Assembly: GCA_964016885.1 (NCBI GenBank)
Contig: OZ024747.1
Coordinates: 82,646,001-82,710,000 of the forward strand
Reading direction: 5' to 3'
Length of the DNA stretch: 64,000 nt
From: Eledone cirrhosa
Taxonomy: Eukaryota
Shown: piece after piece, positions 13,914 through 26,740 of the stretch
How the letters are laid out: every line of letters starts with the position of its first letter
Position numbering within the stretch: position 1 is the stretch's first letter
Notes under the pieces: generated by a model
What the model saw: only the letters and a program-made list of their open reading frames with translations
The model's database searches: none
What the model was told of the DNA's origin: nothing
Position numbers and translations under genes: made by a program

Positions 13914-14074
13914 CAAAGAAGCCTTCAATACATCAAAAGTCTTTATTAGCCGACAATGCTAACTCTAACACACTCCAGTATTTTAACCCTTATATATATA
14001 TATATATATATATGGGTGAATGTATGTATCTATCTATCTACCTATATATATATATATATATATATGGATGGATG

Positions 14075-14178
<104 letters not shown>

Positions 14179-14179
14179 A

Positions 14180-14505
14180 GATGAAATCGAAAATGCAACT
14201 GGAGTCTTATTTTTTTTTAAATATATATATTTATTTGGTTCCTTTACCGGTTTCGCAGTTCTTCTGCTTTACAAAAGTAGAGAAAAACCACAGCATATAT
14301 ATATGTGAGAAAAACCACAGACCCTCCATCTCAACTCTACTTTTGAAAAGCAGAAGAACTGCGAAACAGGTAAAGGAACCAAATAAATATATATATTTTT
14401 TTTTTAATATGACTCCAGTTGCATTTTCGATTTCATCTTTTTTTCTCTATATTTTCACTCGTGTTGGACATGTCGGTTATTTTTCATTTTGTAAAAAAAC
14501 CTCAC

Positions 14506-14510
<5 letters not shown>
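14180..14510. mobile_element. Inverted pair of PLE-type terminal repeats (pLTRs) carrying HHR motifs; same family at 39691-39985
   Basis: 14180-14282 is the reverse complement of about 14334-14440; each arm has an HHR-like core. Confidence 0.7.
14338..14376 (+). ncRNA. Minimal hammerhead ribozyme, U3-A8 core variant
   Basis: ctt-TTGAAAA-gcag aagaa ctgc-GAAA-cagg-TA-aag; mirror copy at 14241-14280 (-) has core TTGTAAA. Confidence 0.6.
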
Positions 14511-14563
<53 letters not shown>

Positions 14564-14869
14564 ATGAATGTATGTATGTATATATATATACGCACACACA
14601 AGCGCTCATACTCACGCTCAAATATATATGTGTGTGTGTCATTGTATTCTAAGCCATATCGAAGAAGACATTGTTTTAATCACCAATAAAATTAAAGTAT
14701 TTCCTTCTTTGTATATTGTCGACAGCGTTTCTTCATTATTCACGACTGAGAACGTTTCTAGAATGTTCTTGTGTTATAAAGTATTTTATGTTCACTCAGT
14801 GCTCACCTAACGATATCTCATTCTTTTTCACCTCAATCCCTGTACAGTTTTTCCTTTCTATTTCCATCA

Positions 14870-15680
14870 ATAATTGTTTCTACTTTTGGCACAAGGCCAG
14901 CAATTCACCCAGTGCATTACTGGTACTTTATGTTATCGACCCCGTAAGGGTGAAAGGCAAAGTGAACCTCGGCGGGATTTGAACTCAGAATGGCAAGGGC
15001 CGTAACTCTATGCGCCAAACCATGAAGTCCGACCCTCTACCGATACTGCCAAATGGTTTCTGATTTAGGCAGATGGCCAACAATTAGAGGAAAGATGAAT
15101 GTCGATCAAATGGAACCCCAGTGCATTACTGGTACTTTATTTTATTGACCTCGTAAGGATGAAAGTCAAAGCTAACCTCAGCGGGATTTGAAACCAGAAC
15201 GCAAAGGGTCGTAACTCCATGTCGGAAAGTATGTTGCCCGTCGCTCTACCGATTCTGCCAATCCACCGGACTTTCTTGCAATACTAATAAGGTTTCTTAT
15301 ATAGGCAGCAATTGGGGGGAGGGGAAAGTCGATTAAATTGACCCCAGTGCGTGACTGGTACTTTATTTTATCGAACGCGTAAGGATGAATGGCAAGGTAA
15401 CCTCAGCGGCATTTGAACTCAGATTATAAAGGGCCGTAACTCTATGCTGCAAAGCATGGCGTCCGGTCTTCTACCGATACTGGCAATCCAATAATAATTG
15501 TTTCTACTTTAGGCACAAGGCCAGCAATTACCCAGTGTATTACTGGTACTTTATTTTATCAACCCCGTAAGGATGAAAGGCAAAGTCAACCTCGGCGGGA
15601 TTTGAACTCAGACCGTAAAGGGACGTAACTATGCTGGAAAGCATGGCGTCCGACCCTCTACCTATACTGCCAATCCATAT
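14870..15680 (-). mobile_element. Head-to-tail cluster of four SINE family A copies
   Basis: Copies at about 14872-15052, 15055-15268, 15290-15490 and 15495-15677, all in the same orientation. Confidence 0.9.
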
Positions 15681-15700
15681 AATACTAATAACTAATTCTT

Positions 15701-15764
<64 letters not shown>

Positions 15765-15843
15765 CAGCAGCAGCAGCAGCAACAGCAGAAGCAGTAGTAG
15801 TAGTAGTAATAGTAGTAGTAGCAGCAACAGCAACAGCAGAAGC

Positions 15844-15880
<37 letters not shown>

Positions 15881-15903
15881 TCAGCAGCAGCAGTAGTAGT
15901 AGC
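15701..15903. repeat. (TAG)n/(CAG)n trinucleotide microsatellite
   Basis: Directly visible. Confidence 0.95.
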
Positions 15904-16361
15904 TGATTCTATTGCTGTTTTGTTGTTATTGATAGTGAAGTTTCTGCTATTGCTGCTGTTAAATAAAATCGCCCATCCTTTCTTCCATGGCTAATGTCAG
16001 AATCTATTCAATTTCATTAGGAAAGAAATATAATAGAAGCACAAGATGAAGTTGCCGATATTTTTATTGAAATTTTCAAAGTAAAGTGGAACCATAATCT
16101 TTCAAACTTAATGACCTCTTATCAATGTTAGCGTTTTATGAATTAACCAATTCCATAATGAAGCAAGTTGCAAGAAACACACCGTATAATAGAAAAATAA
16201 CAAGACAGCTGTGACTCATTTGTTTTCTCTCGCTCTCTTAATCTATAATCTTACTTTATCACTCTCTCCTTCTCCCATATATATGTGTATGTATCTCCTG
16301 AGCGTGAATTTAATAAACATTTATTGTACTGCCTCTCTGTTCTGTCCCTGTTCAATTTTTC

Positions 16362-16416
<55 letters not shown>

Positions 16417-16865
16417 GATAACAAGCTATCATCGTTTTAGACTCACCTGATGAATGAAATAATTGTTAATACTGTAAATAAAAACCTTTTTGTACAGCCG
16501 ACCATGTTATTCTTCACTCTTTAAGTCGTTTGGAAGCCTCGGCAATGCAAATGGGTAAATCTCCGGGTAACAAGATCCGGTGGTGGAGAGAGAGATGTAA
16601 GTGGATGTACGTTGAGATGCGTGGTGTGTATAAGACGTGTAGAAGAATGAAGGAAAGAGTATAAAGGATAAAATAAAAATAAGAACACGAGAGAGAGTTA
16701 CCTTGGGAGAGATTTAATTGTCCCTATATATTTCGGATTCACATCCATCAACTGGGGTTTTTTTCCGGGGTGGGGGAAAGGTTGTCTGTCGGAAAGGTGC
16801 GAAACGCGTTCTCCGCTGTTTGTTGTTTTGAATATATATATATATATATATATATTTATTGGGCA

Positions 16866-16991
16866 CCCACTGAAGAATTATAAGAGCCCACTTGAATAAG
16901 CATCTGTTGATCTTATACAAGCTTCTACATAAATTGTTAAATTTCACCCAACTTGTAGGAATCTTATAATGAAACGAGACGTCCGTCTGGG
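16866..16991 (+). ncRNA. Type-I hammerhead ribozyme with a large stem-II insertion
   Basis: ccca-CTGAAGA-attataaga...(76 nt)...tcttataat-GAAA-cg agacgtc cg-TC-tggg; GUC site, predicted cleavage after 16987. Confidence 0.85.
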
Positions 16992-17161
16992 AAGAGATAT
17001 ATTTGATATATCTCATATGAAATAATACAGCCAATTTTCCACACAATACAATTAGTTAGCACCCCGAACGTTTAATTAGGAATATACTCACTTATTTCCT
17101 AATGTTTGTTGAGTGAGTTGGGATTTGGCCGGAATATCGCTAAAAGCTTCCTCCGCTAATG

Positions 17162-17269
<108 letters not shown>

Positions 17270-17438
17270 AATGGTGAGCTGTGTTGTTGCAAATATGATA
17301 TATATAATAAATGAAGAATTAGAAATAGAAGCCAGGAATATCCGTCATCGGTGGTCTAGTAGCCATCATGGGTATTTCGTCGCATTACAGACCCTATACC
17401 TCTGGCTAGGGCGATACAATAACTAAATTAAGTTATTG

Positions 17439-17560
<122 letters not shown>

Positions 17561-17632
17561 GGTAAACAGAAATAACAACACAATCGATACAGTATATGGA
17601 AGGGATATATAGGTTAACGTTTGGAATAGCAG

Positions 17633-17706
<74 letters not shown>

Positions 17707-17738
17707 AGATCAAAAGATGGTTAAAGGAGTTCCATATA

Positions 17739-17805
17739 TTTTATTATGCGCATTTCAAAAACAAACATCATCAAACAATAATATTTGTGTTTTCATCAGA
17801 TAAAA
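17739..17805 (-). ncRNA. Type-I hammerhead ribozyme in a PLE terminal repeat
   Basis: Reverse complement of 19573-19639. Confidence 0.8.
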
Positions 17806-19572
17806 CAGGAGAACATGATATGAAGGCTAAAAAACACTTGTTGATAGTGCAGTTTTAAATCAACATATGAAAAGTGGTTTTAGATTGATGTGTGATATTG
17901 GGAAAAATATTTTATTTAGAGAGGGGGGGGGAGAAAAGGATGAAAAGGGAAGGAGATGAGAGGGAGAGATGGGTGATAGAGAGAAAGAGATAGTTTTTAT
18001 AACTGAGAGGAGATATATTTTATATAGAGGGGTTGAAAACCGTTGGAAGATACTGTATAAATTAAAAATTTTGAAAATTAATGAAGGGAGGATATGTGCG
18101 AGGAAAAAATATTTTATTTAGGGAGGGGTTGGAAAGGATGAAAAAAAGGGGGAGGAGATGAGAGTGAAGGTGGAAAGGGAGAGATGGGTGATAGAGAGAA
18201 AGAGATAGTTTTTATAACTGAGAAAAAGATATAATGTTTTAATATAGAGAGGTTGGGAACCGTTGGAAGATAATGTATAAATTAAAGGAATTTGAAAATT
18301 AACGAAGGGAAATTATGTATGAAGATAGAGAGAAAAAAAAAAATAATAATTGTGGGTGAATATTCTAACGTCAAAAGAAGAAATGTATGTATTGTGGGAA
18401 TTTCAAAATTAGCAAAGAGAAAAAAAGTTTATGTGTAGAAGGATTTGAGAAAAATAATGTGAAGTTAAAGTTTGTATATTGAATTCATATGTATTAATAA
18501 TGAGTTCGTTGATGGGGAGAAAAGAATAATATATTAAGATTAAAAAGATTTATGATAGAGAGAAAAAATAATAATGATTGCGGATGAATACTCAAAATGT
18601 CAAAAACAAATGTTATTGTTTTACGAGAAGATAGAATGAGGGTAATGAGTAAACGAGTATTATAGAGTGTATAATGCCCTTTAAAGTAAGGTAGATGGGT
18701 ATATTTTAAAGAATATATGAGTATATATTAAAAAAAATATAATAATAAATTAAGGATGAAATTGAGATTAAAAAGATTTATGATAGAGAGAAAAAATAAT
18801 AATGATTGCGGATGAATATTCAAAATGTCAAAAACAAATGTTATTGTTTTACGAGAAGATAGAATGAGGGTAATGAGTAAACGAGTATTATAGAGTGTAT
18901 AATGCCCTTTAAAGTAAGGTAGATGGGTATATTTTAAAGAGGTGTATGTATATGTGCCTTTGAGAAAAGATTCTAAATTGATAAAGAATTGAATATTAAC
19001 TGTATACTTTGTGAAAAGTTCTATGGAATTTATGCAGGCAGATAGAAAACAAATCTGAGCGTCTATTTATTATGGATTCTAGGTTAGAGATAATGGTAAA
19101 TTTTTCATTTAGGCAGAGATTACAGATTTTAGATAGAGAGCTGTTCAAGTATGAGGATGCAGAAGAAATCTTTTTCCAAAAGATGTTATATTTAATGTTT
19201 TTGTCTTTTAAGGACCATATGAGTTCTGAGAGAGCAGTGTTAGTTCAACCCCTCCCTAAATAAAATATTTTTTCCTCGCACATATCCTCCCTTCATTAAT
19301 TTTCAAAATTTTTAATTTATACAGTATCTTCCAACGGTTTTCAACCCCTCTATATAAAATATATCTCCTCTCAGTTATAAAAACTATCTCTTTCTCTCTA
19401 TCACCCATCTCTCCCTCTCATCTCCTTCCCTTTTCATCCTTTTCTCCCCCCCCCCTCTCTAAATAAAATATTTTTCCCAATATCACACATCAATCTAAAA
19501 CCACTTTTCATATGTTGATTTAAAACTGCACTATCAACAAGTGTTTTTTAGCCTTCATATCATGTTCTCCTG

Positions 19573-19639
19573 TTTTATCTGATGAAAACACAAATATTAT
19601 TGTTTGATGATGTTTGTTTTTGAAATGCGCATAATAAAA
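19573..19639 (+). ncRNA. Type-I hammerhead ribozyme in the inverted PLE terminal repeat
   Basis: ttttat-CTGATGA-aaacacaaatattat..atgatgtttgttttt-GAAA-tgcgca-TA-ataaaa; palindromic minimal stem III. Confidence 0.8.
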
Positions 19640-19762
19640 TATATGGAACTCCTTTAACCATCTTTTGATCTTATATTATGCATACTCCAGTCCCACAAAC
19701 TGTAGAGTGCTTCTTATCCGATATCTGCATTGCTTTATTGTACTACAATAAAACTCACCTCC

Positions 19763-19847
<85 letters not shown>

Positions 19848-19977
19848 CAACGCTTACGTGGACCTCTCAAAATTCGTTGGATTTTCTAATTGGATTTTCA
19901 CCCCGAAACTTGATACGAACCCGGAGTACACCTGAACTTCCACCAGGAAATCTTTCGTATCATTGAAATTTTTTTTA

Positions 19978-20102
<125 letters not shown>

Positions 20103-20149
20103 GTGTATTTGTGTCATCAGTAATGATGAGAATTTTATTAACTTTAGAG

Positions 20150-20214
<65 letters not shown>

Positions 20215-20424
20215 AATGAAAGTACAGCATATTCGAAGTTCGAGCAGCAGCTAAGCCGACGAATGCATTCAGAAGTGCAGCCAAGCACTCGTCAAGGTAT
20301 AGACCTCAGAGTAATAATATACAGTTTAAAGGGCTTTGCAAATTGAAAATAGCGACCGCTAATTCAGCTGCGTGATCTGTAGCAACGAAAGAACTGACTA
20401 GTGAGAAAAAATACATACACATAC

Positions 20425-20492
<68 letters not shown>

Positions 20493-20931
20493 CTGTATAT
20501 ATAAATAACATATATATATATATATATATATGAGTGTGGGGATTAACACCAGGTCTGTCTTGATAAACAATGTTTTTAAAGACATCGAGCTTTGTATTTA
20601 ATAGTAGAATATTACACTTTGGTCTCAATGAAAATACTGAGACCAATATTCGTTAATGCTACATTGCATAGCAGCGCTGAATATAAAGGGGACCAAATAT
20701 ATCTTAACACCTAGACACTCCCTGAATAACAAAAGAACGATAATTGTAACTTATGGGATTTCTTTACTGATTCACTGAATAGTTAATATTATTGGAGAAC
20801 AAGGGCCCCATTGATTTACAGTCATTAATTTTGAATATGGAAAAGTATCCAAGATATAATCAAAAATGTTAAATGTTTCATCATCGAATATTTCCGTTAG
20901 TTAAATAATTTGATTATTGGTGTCAGTATAG

Positions 20932-21145
20932 GGCGGTGCACTGGCAGTTTCGGAAGAGCGTCGAACAATATGCTTTGTAGCATATAGTTACGTCCCTTTA
21001 CGTTCTGAGTTCAAATCCGACCGAGGTTAGCTTTGCCTTTCATCCTTACGGGGTCGATAAAATAAAATAGAATAAAATACCAATAACGCACTGGGGTTGA
21101 TTTAATTGACTTTCCCCGTCACCAAACGTTGTTGGCCTTGTGTTC
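20932..21145 (+). mobile_element. SINE family A (longer-tail subfamily)
   Basis: GGCGGTGCACTGGCAG..GAGTTCAAATCC..GCCTTTCATCCTTACGGGGTCGATAAA. Confidence 0.85.
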
Positions 21146-22093
21146 GTCGATGTTTGTGTGTGAGAGAGAGATAGAGAGAGAGATAGTGAGATAGTGAGAG
21201 AGAGAGAGAGAGAGAGCTGGTAGAAAGAATTCAAATATAATTTATATAGACGCCATATTATAGTTTTTAATAGATTCAAATGCCCCCTATGTCATCAGAA
21301 TAATTAATAATTTAATTTACTCACCTAACACAAATTTATTTTATTTCAGTTTGTTATGTCTAACATGATGTATAAAGGAAATGTTGTACTTTAGGCTTTG
21401 TATATATGACTTTGGAATTCTGCTTTAATTGATTGTAACAGCATCTTCTACGTATTCATTAGTCATATTCACATAAATAGCTGTTATTATTAAACGTATA
21501 TGAATTTTTTATATACCTATGTTTGTTTGTTTTTTATACACGAATATATGATACTACTTAAATATACGTACAAATATGTATATATTAATATTTAAACACA
21601 CACACACACACACACACACATATGTGTGTATAGGTGCAAGGTGTAAGGTAATTGTTATCATATATTTATCAGTCGTACACCCGCCCTCTCTTTCTGTCTC
21701 CATCACTCTCCCCTTCTCTCTCTCCCTTTCTCTCTCTCTCTCTCTCTCACTTTCTCTATCTATCTATCTATACATTTCCATCTATTTGAGACACACAGAT
21801 ATATGTACACACATATGTATATATATACATATAGATCTCTCTCTCTCTATATATCTATATACACGTGTTTTTATTTGTAAATTTTGCAGTTATTTTCATA
21901 CATAACATGATAAATGAATAGAATTAAGATGATGTGTATTTTAATGTAGACCTTTGCGCCTCCGCCTTCTACCTTTACACACGGCACTGGACAGAATTGC
22001 TTCTTCACCATACACTCTCATCTCGGGAACAATTTTGAATGGCGCCAGTTCGTGATTTGAACTCGGGAATTTTATATTCTCCGAGTGAAAAGA

Positions 22094-22178
22094 ACCCTCT
22101 GACGAAAGTCTTTCCTTTCAATGGATTTCCGCATGGATTATCCATTTATTTTGAGACTTGAAACCGTACGGTAAGGGT
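22094..22178 (+). ncRNA. Type-I hammerhead ribozyme with an intact canonical core
   Basis: accct-CTGACGA-aagtct...agactt-GAAA-ccgtacgg-TA-agggt; GUA site, predicted cleavage after 22173. Confidence 0.9.
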
Positions 22179-22243
22179 AACTACAGCAGGTACAGTGAAC
22201 TTTTTAAAATTTATTTTAAAACTTTTTCTTATTTGCTTAACCT

Positions 22244-22435
<192 letters not shown>

Positions 22436-22439
22436 TCAT

Positions 22440-22497
<58 letters not shown>

Positions 22498-22523
22498 TCA
22501 TATACATATATACATATATATAA

Positions 22524-22620
<97 letters not shown>

Positions 22621-22849
22621 TACATATACACATACATATATACATATATATATACATATATATAAATATATATATATATACACACATACATATACACATA
22701 CATATACATATATATGTCAGAAACAGATGATAAGAGAAGACAGGCAAAAGAGAAAATGACTGTATTGAATGTTTGTCTGGTTACAGTATGAGGCGAGTCT
22801 GTGGTGTCTGTGTGATACAAAAAACACTAAAAAAAATCTTTCAGATATA

Positions 22850-23542
22850 CCAGATTCTTCCTTGTATCGTTTGTGCATAGTATATGAACAATTCTAGGTG
22901 CTCCCACCTAGAATAGTGACCTCTAGGAGATGGTTCATCTTCTGCCTGACTGTAAAACGTGTATCATTGCATAGACGTGGTTGTTCCACGTTTCTCAAAA
23001 GGATGATGGAAGTTCCAATCTTTTATATTATATGTAGATATAGATAATTAATATAAAAGATGGTGCTCAGCCAGTTCGTCTTCAACTATCGCAGCACGCC
23101 GTCGCTGCTTGGCTCCAATGTTTCGTTGGCGTTGTTCAGCCATCTCCTCTTCATTCATGGCGCCACGTCTTCCCCTCTGAAGTTCGGCGTTCCGATGGCG
23201 CTGTTCGGCCCGTTTTTCTTCATTCCTGGCTACACGCCGTCGCCGCTGTAGTTCACTGTTTGATAAAGTCGAATTTTTTTTACTTTCTGTGGAACGCTGC
23301 AAGCACGCACACACACATAAACATACGCGCACGTACATACACACGCACACATGGTAATAGTTACAGCGTTCATTTTGCCTCTCTGTTTCTTACTCTCCCC
23401 TCTCACTCCCTCATTGGCATTATGCATATTAATTTAAGTTTGGCGTCGTTGAGGTGGGCGGAGTCGTTTGAAACCTATGAACCAATGATAATCGAGAATT
23501 ATGACACACGGAATAATGACATTGTTGAAATTAATATATAGA
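22850..23542 (-). mobile_element. Internally deleted Helitron (5' end, RepHel N-terminal charged repeats and helicase fragment)
   Basis: 5' A|TCTATATATTAA at 23542; R/E/Q-rich ORF 23048-23350; IGTSIILLRNVEQPRLCNDTRFTV (Pif1 LLRN..LCNGTR motif) at about 22940-23020; 3' end not found. Confidence 0.75.
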
Positions 23543-23568
23543 TATGTATATGTATGTGTATATATATA

Positions 23569-23820
23569 TATATATTGGTAAACGGAATAGAAAATGCTGA
23601 CAAATTGTTCACAGTTGAAAAATGGTTTAATTAGGAATAAAAGAGTATTAGTGATTGTATGGGTTAGTATTCAGTTGTGGTATTAAGTTTTTAAGTTTTT
23701 ACCGGTTGCGCATTACAATCGGTTGCGCATACAATCACTAATACTCTTTTATTCCTAATTAAACCATTTTTCAACTGTGAACAATTTGTCAGCATTTTCT
23801 ATTCCGTTTACCAATATATA
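23569..23820. repeat. 93-bp inverted repeat (23569-23661 / 23728-23820), probable PLE inverted terminus
   Basis: Arms are exact reverse complements; the spacer contains TACCGGTT. Confidence 0.85.
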
Positions 23821-23908
23821 ATAACTTGTGTGTTACACCTCTATTCTTTTAACTATATATATATATATATATATATGCTGTATATATATATATGTATATA
23901 TATTTATA

Positions 23909-23942
<34 letters not shown>

Positions 23943-23981
23943 AGTGTGTGTGTGTGTATATATATATTTATATATATGTAT

Positions 23982-24039
<58 letters not shown>

Positions 24040-24052
24040 ATATATATTTATA

Positions 24053-24133
<81 letters not shown>

Positions 24134-24234
24134 GAAAATACACATTATCCTAATTGTATTCATTTAGCATGTTATGTATGAAAATAACTGCAAAATTTAC
24201 AAACAAAAACACGTGTATATAGATAGAGAGAGAG

Positions 24235-24345
<111 letters not shown>

Positions 24346-24647
24346 GAGAGAGAAAGGGAGAGAGAGAAGGGGAGAGTGATGGAGTGGAGACAGAAAGAGG
24401 GGGCGGGTGTACGACTGATAACAGTTACCTTACACCTTACACCTTGCACCTATACAAAACTATAAAAATAGACATTGTTAATATATATGACTAACATAGA
24501 ATTCATAATTAATGTAATTGCTTCCTGAATTCATATTTCTTTATCTATAAATATGTTCTCAGAATTAACTCCACGAATTACCATAAATTATCTTCGTTTC
24601 GTATATGAACAACAGACTCTTAAGATCTATACATAATATAGTATTAG

Positions 24648-24693
<46 letters not shown>

Positions 24694-24707
24694 CATACAT
24701 ACACATA

Positions 24708-24752
<45 letters not shown>

Positions 24753-24848
24753 TATGAATTTATGTATAGTATATTTGGCAATATACCGTATGTTTTAATT
24801 AAAAACATTTAGAAGACCATACGCTATCAGTTTTAAAGTAGTGATTAT

Positions 24849-24893
24849 GTAGTGACAGTCTGTTTCACGCTGGTTGGCGTTCATCAGAGCCAC
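24849..24893 (-). ncRNA. Type-I hammerhead ribozyme with a bulged stem I
   Basis: Minus strand gtggct-CTGATGA-acgc caacca gcgt-GAAA-cagactg-TC-actac. Confidence 0.75.
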
Positions 24894-25044
24894 GCACTCA
24901 CCTGCTTCCGCCGAAAATTATAGAAGGTGGATTCTTATAGAATTCCAGTAATAATCAGGAGCTGATTGCCTGTCCAGCAAAAATTAGGAATTAGGATTGG
25001 TGCTCTGGAATAGCGATGTATACATGAATGTATGTATAGTATAG

Positions 25045-25131
<87 letters not shown>

Positions 25132-25538
25132 GAAGTAATTCCGTCGGAAAAGTCCAGGAAAAAGAGTGCTCGATGTAGGTAACAGAGCTTAATAGTTATG
25201 TAATAAACAACATAAGGCAATTATTTCATTTACCAGTGGTTTCTTAAAAGCAAAAAAATTTTGCTTTCAATCATCTATATCGCTGTGAACTTTATAATAG
25301 TCTTTATTTTCTTTTTTATGCCTTTTATTATTATATATATTTTTTCTTATATTTATTTATGTGTGTGAGTATGTAGAGGTGTGTGTATATATTTCTATTT
25401 TTGTGTATGCGTATGTATGCATGTATATATGTGTGTATGTATGTGTATGTATGTACGTGTGTATATACGTATGATTGTGTGTATGTATGTATGTATGTAT
25501 ATGTATGTGTATATGGCTATGTATGTGTATGTGTATGC

Positions 25539-25579
<41 letters not shown>

Positions 25580-26189
25580 GTTGTATATATTTATGTATAT
25601 GTATGCATATGTTGATATTTATGTGTGTATGTATGTATGTGTATATGTATGTGTATGTATATATATACACATACATATGTGGGTGTGCGTGGGTATATAT
25701 GTGTGTGTGTATGTGTGTATGTATATATATATATATATATATATATTTGTGCGTATGTATGTATATAATTGTGTGTGTGTGTGTGCATGTGTGTTTTTAT
25801 TTTATTTTTCCTTTCCTTCTTCCTTCTCCAGCCTCACTTTCATATAGATTGCATATAGAAAGCAACATTTTTTTGCTTTTAAGAAACCACTGGTAAATGA
25901 AATAATTGCCTTATGTTGCTTATTACATAACCAGTGGTTTCTTAAAAGCAAAAAATTTGTGCTTTCTATATGCAATCTATATATATATATATATATACAT
26001 AAGCAGATGGCAGAATCAGATCTCAAAGAATTCGTAAAGATTTGACTTTGTGAAATTTTACTCTAATAATTAAATGCAATGTTTTATGAGTTTTGGGTTT
26101 GTTATGCTACATAGTGTCGCTCATTTGCTGTCAGTGTTTACGAAAGTCCATAATTAAAATAGTGTTTACGGTATTGCTTTTGCTATAGA

Positions 26190-26740
26190 ATCTAAGTAAA
26201 AAAATACATAGGAAGACTATTATTGATCTTGTGCTCATAGAATTGCCTACAGCTCAACCACACCAGTAAGTCTGGGTAGATCAGAGCATAACATTATTCT
26301 GGCACAATTAGATTTTCTAGTATACTAGTAATGTCCACAGAAAATACTGTGAAAATTCCTCATTCGGGAAATATCACGTCACCTTCCGTTAATCGACCTG
26401 TCTAGTATTTTCAAAGAAAATTACTTCGTGGATACATTTACACAGAGTAGAACGTTTATGTAGAAGGTTACGGACACTTGGCTTCCAAGTAAAATCATCA
26501 CTAAGAAACTAGGTGACAAGGCTTGATTCGATGACAAATGCAGAAGAGGTTCTAGACCAGAAGCGCCGTGAATCTTCCATTAATTAAAGTAGAATAATAC
26601 TCTAGAGAACAAGCGAATATTTACGAAATCAATTCAGGTAGTCAAGTGAAAATGAAATACGATGCTAAACACACAAAAGACTTTTGGAGAAACAACATGA
26701 GCAGTAAATAATGGTGAAGTATAGTAGACAATCTGGTTTA
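26190..26740 (+). pseudogene. Highly decayed APE-type LINE ORF2 fragment (CR1/L2-like)
   Basis: Frameshifted pieces TIIDLVL, SLGRSEHNII (LG.SDH-like) and KKLGDKA*FDDKCRR (PWF-like linker). Confidence 0.45.

Larger units (their letters stand above)
17699..19679 (-). mobile_element. 5'-truncated Penelope-like element with an inverted terminal repeat (about 433-bp arms, 17699-18131 and 19246-19679)
   Basis: Minus strand about 19010-19245 reads TNTALSELIWSLK..IFWKKISSASSY..CNLCLNEKFTII..INRRSDLFSICLHK (PLE GIY-YIG C-terminus, frameshifted); internal duplications; an HHR in each arm. Confidence 0.85.
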
